Of a stretch of DNA of 64,000 bases, positions 45,096 to 54,645 are shown piece after piece. This DNA is from an uncultured virus (IMG/VR IMGVR_UViG_3300005343_000007) (taxonomy: Duplodnaviria; Heunggongvirae; Uroviricota; Caudoviricetes), in the IMG/VR virus record IMGVR_UViG_3300005343_000007. One strand, 5' to 3'. The notes under the pieces were generated by a model. It was not told the origin of the DNA. It worked only from the letters and a program-made list of their open reading frames with translations, and searched no databases. Each line of letters starts with the position of its first letter. The stretch's first letter is position 1. A program made the translations under genes and the position numbers.

Positions 45096-45791
45096 TCGCA
45101 CGCGGATGATGAAATTAAGGACCGTGGTGGCGGGTAGTCCGGTCGTGTAGGTGGTCCCTGGCACGAGTCCACCTACAGACTGATTGGCGGGCGTCGTGGG
45201 GCCATTGGGAGCCTTGGGGACGTTGGAAACGAAGTCGTGCCCTTGGTAGCCTGAAGTCATGCCAATGGTCCGCTCGATAAGGGCTTTGCTGGCCGAGAGA
45301 TAGTCCACGCCGATACCAGCTCCCAATGGGATGCGCCCGCGCAAATCCGGCACCTTGAACGAAACCCCTAGCGATCCACCCCAGAGGATTCCGATCTTGG
45401 AATAAAGTTCGGGAAACTCTGCTACCAAATATTCATGGCCGTTGCAGAGGATGTAATTGGGTTCTACCTCCCCGATGGTTTCGGGATTCGCGCTCGCCGC
45501 GTACATGATGATTGAGCCCACGGGGGCACTGTAGATTGGCAGATACTTGGATGCGGTGGCGCTCCACGTCAAAAGCTGCCCGTGGCCGTCTGTGGTGCCA
45601 GCGGAGGAGACGAAAAGCCCTTGGTCTGAAGTGGGCGTGGTGCCGCCCGAAACGCCGATCAGGAAATTACCAGAGCCGTAGCCGTGCAACCTTTCCGCGA
45701 TGGCTTCCGCGAATTCCTGCGGCGTTCCGCTCCATCCCTCGGGCAGAGAGTCAACGGTAAAGGAAATGGCAAGTGGAAGGTTGGTTGGCAT
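45093..45791 (-). CDS. Tail collar domain protein
   Basis: PVGSIIMYA...YILCNG...FPELYSKIG..WGG...FKVPDLRGR...LNFII. Confidence 0.85.
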   Translation of the reverse strand: MPTNLPLAISFTVDSLPEGWSGTPQEFAEAIAERLHGYGSGNFLIGVSGGTTPTSDQGLFVSSAGTTDGHGQLLTWSATASKYLPIYSAPVGSIIMYAASANPETIGEVEPNYILCNGHEYLVAEFPELYSKIGILWGGSLGVSFKVPDLRGRIPLGAGIGVDYLSASKALIERTIGMTSGYQGHDFVSNVPKAPNGPTTPANQSVGGLVPGTTYTTGLPATTVLNFIIRVR

Positions 45792-45802
45792 CTTTTATGC
45801 TT
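45786..45802 (+). promoter_or_regulatory. Sigma-54-like -24/-12 element (antisense)
   Basis: TGGCATCTTTTATGCTT. Confidence 0.6.
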
Positions 45803-45808
45803 TCGTAA

Positions 45809-45830
45809 TAATTAGCAAATTTGTCAATTA
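45809..45830. repeat. 22-bp palindromic site 23
   Basis: TAATTAGCAAATTTGTCAATTA. Confidence 0.95.
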
Positions 45831-45835
45831 ACGCC

Positions 45836-47089
45836 TCACAAACCGGAGAAATCATGATTCCATGTTTTCCTCCAGACGACATTTAAACTATGATTTTGAT
45901 CCTTTGCCTGCACCGTGGTAAACAAGAAACAGAATATGGAATAGCCTCCAGTTGGGTCGAATAACATTAGGCTTTTCAGGTCGGATCGGTTGGCGTCGTT
46001 CAGATCAAAAACGCCCTGAAAGTCCCGATAGAAAGTCCCGTTGGTGTAAGCGGACAGGAAGGTAAGCGGAACGTAGGAAACATTCGTCGTTCGCTGACTT
46101 GAGCCCACGATTGGAACCAAGGCTTCCGTGTTGGAGCTAAAGCCCATGAATCCTTCGTAAGCGGGCTCAAGCTCCGGCGTTGTGGTGTCGGTCAAGCCCT
46201 GTGAGTTTACGGCGCTGGTGGCGAATTTCTCGATGACGTAGCTGCCGCTTTTATCGAGGGAGAGCAGGTTCAAATCCGTAATCGGCACTGATCCAGCGGT
46301 GATCGCGGAGGGGGTGGGGGTGATCGAAAACGAGTAGGTGACACGCAACCGCTGATTCAGCAGGACCGAAATGTTATTCGAGGGATTGAGGTTGATCCTG
46401 ATATTGAGATTGCTTCCCACGGCCCCAAGATTGGAGAAGCCGATTTCCTTGTACGTAATCGGGGCGGTTTCGGCGGGGAAAAGGAACGTGCGCTTTAACG
46501 TCTTAGCAAAGGGTGCCGTGGCGGCAGTGGTGGTGCCGTTTTCGGCCACATTGCCAGATACGGTATCGGTCCTATTGGCTTCCGTGGTGAGCCCCGTTTG
46601 GTTGACATAGAAAACCTTGAATGTGCCGGAGGAGATAATTTCCAGCGCAATAGTTGTGGCCTCTACGTGCGTGGAATCGGTATAGCTGGCGATCCTGAAT
46701 TCCTTCCCCGAGTCCGCTCCCGAAGTCCACCGGATAAGCCTGCCCACATCCGCTGCCTCAAAGGCTGCCGCGCTCGCGGTGATCGTGGCGCTTCCGAGCG
46801 TCATGGAGGCCGTTACCGCCGTGTTGCCACCCACCGCCCCCGTGCGCTGCGTGATCTGGATTCCGGTGCCTACCGCGCAGTATTTGAAAAGGTCCGCGTA
46901 GTAAACCGAGGCCAGCCTATCCAATCCCTGATCCAAAATGAGGTTTTTAATCCACTGGGATTCGTAGGCCACGGAACCATCTGGATTATCCACGAAAAGC
47001 TTGACCATGCCGCCGATGGTCGTTTCAAGCCCTTGGCGTTCCACCGTCCACATTCCTTTTTCACGGTCCCATTTGAGATGAAGCGGCAT
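45836..47089 (-). CDS. Tail structural protein
   Basis: WIKNLILDQGLD..YCAVGTG; Thr/Ser-rich beta protein. Confidence 0.65.
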   Translation of the reverse strand: MPLHLKWDREKGMWTVERQGLETTIGGMVKLFVDNPDGSVAYESQWIKNLILDQGLDRLASVYYADLFKYCAVGTGIQITQRTGAVGGNTAVTASMTLGSATITASAAAFEAADVGRLIRWTSGADSGKEFRIASYTDSTHVEATTIALEIISSGTFKVFYVNQTGLTTEANRTDTVSGNVAENGTTTAATAPFAKTLKRTFLFPAETAPITYKEIGFSNLGAVGSNLNIRINLNPSNNISVLLNQRLRVTYSFSITPTPSAITAGSVPITDLNLLSLDKSGSYVIEKFATSAVNSQGLTDTTTPELEPAYEGFMGFSSNTEALVPIVGSSQRTTNVSYVPLTFLSAYTNGTFYRDFQGVFDLNDANRSDLKSLMLFDPTGGYSIFCFLFTTVQAKDQNHSLNVVWRKTWNHDFSGL

Positions 47090-47091
47090 CG

Positions 47092-47113
47092 TAATTGACA
47101 AATTTGCTAATTT
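47092..47113. repeat. 22-bp palindromic site 24
   Basis: TAATTGACAAATTTGCTAATTT. Confidence 0.95.
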
Positions 47114-47951
47114 AGGAGTATGTCCCTTGGATAATCGAAACGTCCAAGGTGGTTTTCTCCAAAGCGGGCGAGACGGGGAAAACGGTATTCTTGGTGATCG
47201 CGTCGGTGATCCGCAAAAGCGACGGCGTAATGGTCGCTTTGTCTTGGAGGGTTATAGTGGCATTCACGGCACTAAGGAAGTAATTACCAGATTCGATGCT
47301 CAATGCCAAGCTTGTTCTGTCGCTGGCGATGATTCCGTAAAGGTCGCTCGTGATCGTCACGTTATCCCCGATTTCCGATTTCGCTAAAAGCACCTGCTTG
47401 TTATTCGCGGCGTAGGTGCGAATCAAGTAGTTCAGGTTCACCGGCAGCCCTGCGTTGATCACGTATTCCGTGGCAAAGTTCTCGCCTTGAAAGCGAGCGA
47501 ATATGACGTTGCGCGGATTGGTCTTCAGGTAGAAGCAAACCGAATCCGTTTCGTCGTCATCCTCACCGAAATAGGTCAGCCAATTGCAGAAAAGCAGGGG
47601 CGAGATTCCGTTGAAAGTCACCGTGGCGATTTGGCTCGGATCGCCCGCATCGGTGTACCGCTTTATCTCGATCTGCGTCGCCGTCTTCTGAATCGCGATG
47701 GAGAGCAGGGCGTCCTTATCGAAAGAGAGGCTTAGGTGGGTGGGCTTGGTGGTGGGATAGAGGGAGCTTTTGGAACCCGTGGTGTTTGCGGGTGGCGTGA
47801 TGTTCTCTGATTTGCCCACCCTGATTCCAGCATCGCTCACCCATGCCGCCCAAGTAACCGAGAATCGGTCGTCCTCGGGGGTTCCTGGCGTCACCGGCCC
47901 CGCGCAGAAGTCGAGCGTCTGCGGCTTGTTGAAATCAAAGGGCGTGCTCAC
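47112..47951 (-). CDS. Tail structural protein
   Basis: 279 aa in the tail module. Confidence 0.55.
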   Translation of the reverse strand: MSTPFDFNKPQTLDFCAGPVTPGTPEDDRFSVTWAAWVSDAGIRVGKSENITPPANTTGSKSSLYPTTKPTHLSLSFDKDALLSIAIQKTATQIEIKRYTDAGDPSQIATVTFNGISPLLFCNWLTYFGEDDDETDSVCFYLKTNPRNVIFARFQGENFATEYVINAGLPVNLNYLIRTYAANNKQVLLAKSEIGDNVTITSDLYGIIASDRTSLALSIESGNYFLSAVNATITLQDKATITPSLLRITDAITKNTVFPVSPALEKTTLDVSIIQGTYS

Positions 47952-47954
47952 CGT

Positions 47955-47976
47955 TAATTGACAAATTTGCTAATTA
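47955..47976. repeat. 22-bp palindromic site 25
   Basis: TAATTGACAAATTTGCTAATTA. Confidence 0.95.
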
Positions 47977-48130
47977 TCAGGTCGCGTCCGACACGCACAG
48001 CAAAACAAAAGCATTCGTGGCAAAAACATTCGTGCCGCTGATGCTCTGGCAGCCGATGGTTGAGCGTAGGGCGTCGTAGTTCAGGGGCTTGGCCCTTGGG
48101 GTATAGGTGGCGAGCGCGCGGGTCATGGCG

Positions 48131-48271
48131 TTATCCTACCTTTCTGGCAATGGTCTTCCAATACTCAAATCTCTTGCGAAGAATCGGCGCGCATTTCGTT
48201 ACCCTGCCATTCTCGATCACAAAGCCCGCACAAAGGTTGCGATTTACCACGATGTAAAGCCCATCGCTCAC
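48131..48271 (-). CDS. 46-aa hypothetical protein
   Basis: MSDGLYIVVNRNLCAGFVIENGRVTKCAPILRK...; GTGA overlap with the nozzle stop. Confidence 0.45.
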   Translation of the reverse strand: MSDGLYIVVNRNLCAGFVIENGRVTKCAPILRKRFEYWKTIARKVG

Positions 48272-50007
48272 GCGGCCACCCCCTGCCCGGTTTCAAGTAC
48301 AATTTGATGCGATCCGGTTTCGTCCCCGTGCTCGCACTCGCCCTGCTCGGATTCCTCCACGGGTTCACACACGATCCTGATGCCACGAATCCCCATTCGG
48401 CCTTCCCACTCGCACAGAATCGAAAAGGATTTGTCCACATTGGACGGCCTTTCGGATTCCACGCACACTTCCCCTTCTGGCGAATCGCTGCCCACGTCCT
48501 TTGTCTTGATGGTGCGGGTCTGCGGCTTGTAGGCTTGCAGCATCGTATCGAGGTTGATGATCTGCTGATTCACCGAGCCAATGGAGCCTTTCTCGGCCTG
48601 GAAATAGTATTCTCCAATTAGCTCGTATGGGCCTTTAAGTCCCGCGTAGTAAACCCGCAAATTCACGTCGCCCAGCACTTCCACCAGATCCAACTCCGCA
48701 TATCGGAACTTCACCAAGCGGGAGCTGATTAGCTCGCTGCGGGTTTCCCATTGGCATTGAATCCGATTCATCCGGTCCTCGCGATCATCCTGAAACGCTT
48801 CCCAGATATGGATATAGCTTTGGTTGTAGGCGGTTTGATCGAAACCAGCACAAAACACCCGATTCCTCCCCATCACGGAAACCGTAGTCCACTCCACCGG
48901 CCTAAAGCCCGTCCAGATGGACGCCCACGCGGGCGGTGAGTCTTGGGTGAGCTGATCGGCTATAGATTGATCGAAAACCCACGTATGAGCATTGTAGGCG
49001 TCCCCAGAGGGCACTGAGACTAGGACAATATTTTCAAACCACCCCGAGCAGATGCGTTGCAGTTGGCTGCCGAGGTTCCGCTTGCTGCGCATCATTTCCG
49101 TGTCCCGCGTAGTGAGTTGAGAATCCCGGAGCGTAAACAAAGCCGAGTTGAGGTCTATCCACCCCTCCTCTGAGAACCACCACGTGAGTCCAAACGCGTT
49201 GATAGGAGAGCGTCCAGAAACACATCCTACCTTGGGGATTAGTACCTGTTGGAATTGGGGGGTTGTTTGCCATTGCCTTCTGTCTCGGATGGAGGATTGG
49301 AAGCTGGTAGTAGTGCGGCGAGTAAACGCGAGTAGGTTTCTCTCATCACTTGTTTCGATGAGCCCCGTGCATTCATCAGGGAGGTCAAAATTACTTCGCT
49401 CTGCAATAATTGTGTTTTCATTGAAGGTTAATGGATCGGCGTAGTCTGAGACAAAGATTTGACTCCCCCTCGCCACCCATAGGCGGGAGCTAGTCCATTT
49501 CATCCAAAGCCCCGTGGGGGTGCCGTAGTAAGGTGGTTGCGGGTCGAGCGTATTGGCCTTGCTGCCATCCCAATATCCCGCCCTTGATACCCCGTCCTGA
49601 ATTACTAGCACTCGATAGGGGTTGATGACTTTCAAGCTCCCATCTGGATTCCGCAGAACCGATTTCACGCAATCCGCAAAGGTCACAATCTCGGAGTCGG
49701 GGTCGAAGCTAATGCCTTGGATTTGCACGAAGTCCGCATAGGGGTAGCTGGCCGTGTAAATCAACCCATCTATCGCCACCACTAATTGCGGGCTGCCGCT
49801 GATTTGCTGGAAATGGGTAAAGCCTTGCAGCTTCGATCCTGGCAAGTACGCCCTGAGTCTCAAGCCCGGCCTAGTCTGCGGGATGCCACCACGGCACAAG
49901 ATGTTCTCCCCGTAGTGATATTGCGCGGGTGCGATATTGGTTGGATAAAGCAGCGTGTTCATGCCGCCAGTCCAAAACTCCATGTATTTAGAAACGGGAT
50001 CAGGCAT
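48268..50007 (-). CDS. Tail nozzle/stabilisation protein (tail tubular B-like)
   Basis: GGMN...ENILCRGG.PQTRPG N-terminus, beta-propeller-like, follows the adaptor gene. Confidence 0.65.
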   Translation of the reverse strand: MPDPVSKYMEFWTGGMNTLLYPTNIAPAQYHYGENILCRGGIPQTRPGLRLRAYLPGSKLQGFTHFQQISGSPQLVVAIDGLIYTASYPYADFVQIQGISFDPDSEIVTFADCVKSVLRNPDGSLKVINPYRVLVIQDGVSRAGYWDGSKANTLDPQPPYYGTPTGLWMKWTSSRLWVARGSQIFVSDYADPLTFNENTIIAERSNFDLPDECTGLIETSDERNLLAFTRRTTTSFQSSIRDRRQWQTTPQFQQVLIPKVGCVSGRSPINAFGLTWWFSEEGWIDLNSALFTLRDSQLTTRDTEMMRSKRNLGSQLQRICSGWFENIVLVSVPSGDAYNAHTWVFDQSIADQLTQDSPPAWASIWTGFRPVEWTTVSVMGRNRVFCAGFDQTAYNQSYIHIWEAFQDDREDRMNRIQCQWETRSELISSRLVKFRYAELDLVEVLGDVNLRVYYAGLKGPYELIGEYYFQAEKGSIGSVNQQIINLDTMLQAYKPQTRTIKTKDVGSDSPEGEVCVESERPSNVDKSFSILCEWEGRMGIRGIRIVCEPVEESEQGECEHGDETGSHQIVLETGQGVAA

Positions 50008-50157
50008 ATTATCCCCCAATCATCATCCATTCACTTGCGACGTATATTACCCCTCGCTCGTATTTATCCCTAGACACAAAAACGCACTCGCCCTGAGTGA
50101 CCCTTGATTCAATATACATCGGGAGCAATATCAACTTTTGAAAAAGACTCCAATTAA

Positions 50158-50616
50158 TCATACCAAAATCCCTCCCTCTTCTTCACTTGGTTGCACCACG
50201 GGTTCCAGTACCCCGCAATCACAGCGCGCAAATGTCGTTACAGTTATGGTGGTGGTTCCCGAGACTGCCTCGGCTTCCAGCTTTAGCTTTCCGGCGACCG
50301 GCATAATCCATTCTTCGCCTGCCGCTAGTCGGTAAATCAAGGCGTCGTCTTCGTAGATAAACGCCGCGTTCGCACCCGTGTTGCGCAGGATGGTTTGCAC
50401 CGCGTAGTAATATGCCTCGCGGATAGTGCCGCCAACGACATCAACAGTTGTTTCAATGGTTGGAGTTGTGCCTAGGCAAGTTGCCACGCAGTTGATCGCA
50501 TCCAGCCTTGCCAGAATCCTCCGATACCACACTCCGCAGTTCTCCGCGCGCGCCGCCGAGGCCAGCCGTTGCACTAGCTGGATCACCGGCTTTCCAATGG
50601 ATGGGCGACAGATCAT
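50158..50616 (-). CDS. Small structural protein (paralogue of 55947-56564)
   Basis: NTGANAAFIYEDDAL...; promoter TTGAAC-17-TAGGAT at 50653-50681. Confidence 0.55.
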   Translation of the reverse strand: MICRPSIGKPVIQLVQRLASAARAENCGVWYRRILARLDAINCVATCLGTTPTIETTVDVVGGTIREAYYYAVQTILRNTGANAAFIYEDDALIYRLAAGEEWIMPVAGKLKLEAEAVSGTTTITVTTFARCDCGVLEPVVQPSEEEGGILV

Positions 50617-50617
50617 T

Positions 50618-50639
50618 TAATTAACAAATTCGCTAATTA
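50618..50639. repeat. 22-bp palindromic site 26
   Basis: TAATTAACAAATTCGCTAATTA; lies between a promoter and its ATG. Confidence 0.88.
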
Positions 50640-50677
50640 TCAGGTCGCTGGAATCCTATCGTTGGAATGTGAGCGGT

Positions 50678-52621
50678 TCAAGCAAAATTAAAGGCGTGGT
50701 TCGGGATGGTTCCTTCGTCCACCTGTAATCCCATGGAATCGTGAGGATTAAGCGCCGATTGCTCCTCCTCTAAATAGCGAATCGCCATCGCTTCGTAGAT
50801 TGCGCCGTTGGTCGGATCGCCCTTGGCTTGGTATTGCATTGAGCGCAACATATTCTCTATCGCCATGCGGGAGCGAAGGTGAAGCGGATCGTAGAGCGAA
50901 GAGACGCGTTGCGAGCGTTTGCGGTAAAGCACGCGAATCCTAGTCTCGCAACAGTTCGGCACGCGAATCAGGCGGTACTTGGGTTCAACTTCGTCTGGAT
51001 ACCAATAACCGAGTAAGAGTGGCGTTTCGGTGTTGGTGGAACTTGGGGGATTCTCCCATCCATAGAGGCGAACGAAGGAACGCGAGGCTTGTTTTACAAT
51101 GCGTGTAAATCGTGCAATCGGGCCAATGTTGCCATTGCCGTAGTTATCGGTACGCCGACAAGGCACCTCAAATCCCGGTAGTGCATTTTCGCCAAGCTCC
51201 CGTCCATCAAGATCATATCCGTAGACCTTAATTGAGATGCCTTCGTCAAGCGGGTCATCGGGGACCGCCGTGAGATAACGAGGAATCGGCTTTCGGTGCG
51301 CATCGAGAGTTAAGGGGTTGATGATCACTGACTCGCCAAGTTCTTCCCATGAACCACAGGGGGCGCAATCGCGGTTATGCAAGCCGTTAAGATGAAACTC
51401 GGCCCATTGGTTGCGGGGCATCGCTTTTTGCAACCAGCTTCCCCAAATCGAATTAGGTGAGCAGGAATAGGTAAGCGCCAAGACCGTATCTACATAGCGA
51501 GGGAGGACAAATAGCCCCGTCCCGTGGAATCTGCCGTTAGGTAGCTCGATAAATTCACAATTGGCTGGCTTCCATATATCCACCACGCCAAGCAGGGAGT
51601 CCCATTGCGATTTGTTTGCAAGGGCTTCGATGGCCGAGGTAATCCGATCAAATAGTTTCTCCCGGCCCACGGGGCCAAAGACTTCCGCCGCAGTGTCGTA
51701 AACATCCGCGCAGATAACAGCATCGCGCACAAAGATATTCGCATTGATCGCGGATTGCGCTTCCTGACTTGCGGCCAAGGTTTCATTTTCGGTACTGGTT
51801 CCTTGTTCGTCCTTGAGGTATTTGATCGCCTTCTCTTCGAACTTGCTGGCCTCTTCCGGCTTGCCGTCCATATCAAGCTGGATGGCCTTGCACATCAGGA
51901 TCACCGCCATCTCGCTATTGAGCGGAATATAGTCGTCCTGGCTCTTGATGGCAAAGACGTGCTTGCGGTACATTATCCGCACCGCCACGCCAGTTTGACT
52001 CAGCTTGATTACGCGATAATTCGGCTCCGTCTCGAAAGGGTAATAGCGGGAAAGGGTTTCATTTCCGCATTTCAGGTAAATCTCACCCAGCAAATCCGAG
52101 GGATTCAGGACCCAGATAATCTCGGCGGCATCGTGGGTCGATTCGGCAGGGGCGGAAAGGCTTAAGGTCAAGTCTTCCGTCCATTCCAGCCCATCCGCAT
52201 CCTTGAACTTCACCTTGACCACTTTGCCCGCGTCCCCAGATGCCACGCAAACGCACGAGATTGGCCCTGGAAGCCCGTATTCGCTCAGGACGGGTGAATA
52301 CCCCCGATCTGCCCACTGAGTCCCTCTCTCGGCGTTTTCGGTCGTTCCGTCGCTATTTTGCGCGAATTCGTAAATCCGGCTGCGGGCGAACGCCGGGGAG
52401 TTGTTGATGTTGAGGCGCAGAGGGGTCTTTACGTCATAGGGGAGGGAGACGAAATAGTTCCCGTCCACCGCAATATCGAGGTAGCCGATCAGCGGATCAA
52501 AAAGCCCCGTGGTGGCGAGTCTCTGCACGGCGCGCGTCACCAATCGAAAAAGCTTGGTGGTATCACCTTCGCATTTTCCGTTTATTAGTGCAACTTCTGG
52601 CAGAATACTCGAAACTCTCAT
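50678..52621 (-). CDS. Head-tail adaptor-like protein with internal tandem duplication
   Basis: Two ~300-aa homologous halves; upstream of the nozzle gene. Confidence 0.6.
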   Translation of the reverse strand: MRVSSILPEVALINGKCEGDTTKLFRLVTRAVQRLATTGLFDPLIGYLDIAVDGNYFVSLPYDVKTPLRLNINNSPAFARSRIYEFAQNSDGTTENAERGTQWADRGYSPVLSEYGLPGPISCVCVASGDAGKVVKVKFKDADGLEWTEDLTLSLSAPAESTHDAAEIIWVLNPSDLLGEIYLKCGNETLSRYYPFETEPNYRVIKLSQTGVAVRIMYRKHVFAIKSQDDYIPLNSEMAVILMCKAIQLDMDGKPEEASKFEEKAIKYLKDEQGTSTENETLAASQEAQSAINANIFVRDAVICADVYDTAAEVFGPVGREKLFDRITSAIEALANKSQWDSLLGVVDIWKPANCEFIELPNGRFHGTGLFVLPRYVDTVLALTYSCSPNSIWGSWLQKAMPRNQWAEFHLNGLHNRDCAPCGSWEELGESVIINPLTLDAHRKPIPRYLTAVPDDPLDEGISIKVYGYDLDGRELGENALPGFEVPCRRTDNYGNGNIGPIARFTRIVKQASRSFVRLYGWENPPSSTNTETPLLLGYWYPDEVEPKYRLIRVPNCCETRIRVLYRKRSQRVSSLYDPLHLRSRMAIENMLRSMQYQAKGDPTNGAIYEAMAIRYLEEEQSALNPHDSMGLQVDEGTIPNHAFNFA

Positions 52622-52631
52622 TTATGGGAAT

Positions 52632-52653
52632 TAAATGCAAAATTTGTCAATTA
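52632..52653. repeat. 22-bp palindromic site 27
   Basis: TAAATGCAAAATTTGTCAATTA. Confidence 0.88.
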
Positions 52654-53322
52654 TCATACGTAGGTACCATTCGACCGTTGCAAGCGGTATTCAACACCGT
52701 CCACGTTGGCGGGAACACCCGGCCAGCACTCATAGCGAATAATCGGCTCCTCCACGCCGCCAGTTCGCGGGCTCGGGTTGAGCCCTAGGCGCCTCGCCAT
52801 TTCAATGCTCAGTTCTCCCACCTTGTTACGGGGTCCGCCGTCTGCCACAAGTCCTTCTGCGGAAAGCCCTGTTTTGAGATTGGTGGCCCTCGCCTTACAC
52901 CCCATCACGGCCCCCTTTGTGCCGCTAATCACGGAGGGCGGGACGACAATATAGGGAACAGTCTCGGAATCCACGTAGGCCGCAGGATCGTTAGCGTCTT
53001 TGCCTGGGAATCGATAGGAGGTTTTGGAGGCGATGATTCCACCCGGAAACTCGCGCGGGTTTCCTTGGCCGTCGAGAATCACGATGTCATCAAACCATGA
53101 TGTATTCCCAACCACCTTGCCGTCTCGCATGGTCATGCCGCCATTGCCCAAAAGTTCCGAGCCTTTGTTATCCACCATGTAAGCGGGACGTTTTCCGTTC
53201 TGGCCGTTAGCGCCATCGGCATCAATGTCAGCATCGGCTTTCGGCATCTCTACTCGCCCGTCGTCGTGCTCGATGATCTGGCAGGTAAAGCCTTCGTTGT
53301 GAATAGTAGCTAGAATTCTCAT
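52654..53322 (-). CDS. GH75 (fungal chitosanase-like) hydrolase; putative endolysin
   Basis: DIDADG...VDSETVPYIVVP...VADGGP..KVGELSI.MA..LG. Confidence 0.75.
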   Translation of the reverse strand: MRILATIHNEGFTCQIIEHDDGRVEMPKADADIDADGANGQNGKRPAYMVDNKGSELLGNGGMTMRDGKVVGNTSWFDDIVILDGQGNPREFPGGIIASKTSYRFPGKDANDPAAYVDSETVPYIVVPPSVISGTKGAVMGCKARATNLKTGLSAEGLVADGGPRNKVGELSIEMARRLGLNPSPRTGGVEEPIIRYECWPGVPANVDGVEYRLQRSNGTYV

Positions 53323-53350
53323 TTTTTGAAATTATCGCAAAACAGAAGCC

Positions 53351-53677
53351 TCACTCCCTTTCCTCCATGAACTTATCGAAGCGGGTTCCGGCGTCCTCTG
53401 ATTCGTCCATGGTTTCCAGCTTCGGGCCACCCGTGGGCTTGATGCTCATAATTTCCAATTCCATCCGATTTCCCCGATCACCCTTCGTCATTTCCTTGAT
53501 GCTGTAGTGAATCGTGGCCGTGCCTTCATCGGGCATATTCAGAAGCTCATCCGGCGCGCGGTCGATATACATACACGGGTAGATGATTTCCGTTTCCTTC
53601 TCCTCTTCCATGACTGGCCTTGGGTTCATGGGAATATCGTATTCCTCGCGCTCGCGGCCTAGGTTGATTTCTTTCAT
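53351..53677 (-). CDS. Acidic hypothetical protein
   Basis: MKEINLG...; ATGA overlap. Confidence 0.6.
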   Translation of the reverse strand: MKEINLGREREEYDIPMNPRPVMEEEKETEIIYPCMYIDRAPDELLNMPDEGTATIHYSIKEMTKGDRGNRMELEIMSIKPTGGPKLETMDESEDAGTRFDKFMEERE

Positions 53678-53916
53678 AGCGACATCCCCAAGGCCCCGAA
53701 AATGAAAACGATCAACAGGATCGCCACCGCCACCCAGATAATCCATCGGAACGGCTCGGGAATATTCGGCGCGCCTGCAAATTTAGTCACCAGCCAAATC
53801 ACAAACCAAACCACGGCAGCAATAACAACCAAGGTGATAATCCACCCCAAGAGCACGGAAAGCGTCCCTCCTGAACCGATGGTGAAAAATGGGCGAAGTA
53901 CAAGAGTGGCTGTCAT
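53674..53916 (-). CDS. Two-TM membrane protein, holin candidate
   Basis: Two long hydrophobic helices; near the lysin gene. Confidence 0.55.
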   Translation of the reverse strand: MTATLVLRPFFTIGSGGTLSVLLGWIITLVVIAAVVWFVIWLVTKFAGAPNIPEPFRWIIWVAVAILLIVFIFGALGMSL

Positions 53917-53959
53917 GGTTTTGATAGTTTAGGGGTTAAGCTGGCGTTTGACTACTGTT

Positions 53960-54187
53960 TTATTTTCGGACAAACCAAAGGACTAGGCCAACCATCAAGC
54001 TCCCGCAGGTTGAGCCGAGAAAGCCGAATCCCGCCGCAATGTAGAATACCTTGGTTTCAATGATCGCCAGCCGCTCGGAGTGGGCGTTCAGTTGATCGAA
54101 GACCTTGCCGTTAAGCGCGGTCTGCGTATGCCAACGCTCCTGCATCTGATCGTGAAGTATTTCAGCAAGGTTACGTTGGGGAGGCAT
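53960..54187 (-). CDS. Coiled coil plus C-terminal TM protein (XhlA/holin-like)
   Basis: HSERLAIIETK followed by a TM helix. Confidence 0.55.
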   Translation of the reverse strand: MPPQRNLAEILHDQMQERWHTQTALNGKVFDQLNAHSERLAIIETKVFYIAAGFGFLGSTCGSLMVGLVLWFVRK

Positions 54188-54644
54188 TTTGCACGAGTTC
54201 CTTTAGATATTTATCTAACTCACTTATTTCGGACAGTCGATGCGCGTCCTTCCAACGCACAATTTCCTTCGCCATCGCCGAAACGAGCTTTTTCATCATG
54301 CCCGGTTCCTTGTGGACGATCTGCATTCCTTGCTCCTGAAGTAGTGGGCGTACCTGCTCCTCTGTGTATCCCGTGACAATTACCGTGGGCGAGCGGGCCT
54401 CAAACCTTTGCACCTGATCGCGCGCGGATTCCTGCCATCGGCTATCCGGTAAGCCTAAATCCATGATCGTCATATCCTGCGCGGGGTCTTCGTAGGCAAT
54501 CTTAATCGCCTCCTCCATTCTTCCAACTATGCGCGGGGTGCAACGCGGAAACTTGTCGCGGAGGATTTCCAGCAATCCCCCTTGGATTGCAGTCGCCATC
54601 GCGTCTTGGTCTTCTACGATTAGAATTCGCGGCGAATTAGGCAT
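54171..54644 (-). CDS. Single-domain response regulator (receiver)
   Basis: RILIVEDQ, MDLGLPD (phospho-Asp), IVTG, HKEP. Confidence 0.8.
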   Translation of the reverse strand: MPNSPRILIVEDQDAMATAIQGGLLEILRDKFPRCTPRIVGRMEEAIKIAYEDPAQDMTIMDLGLPDSRWQESARDQVQRFEARSPTVIVTGYTEEQVRPLLQEQGMQIVHKEPGMMKKLVSAMAKEIVRWKDAHRLSEISELDKYLKELVQNASPT

Positions 54645-54645
54645 A

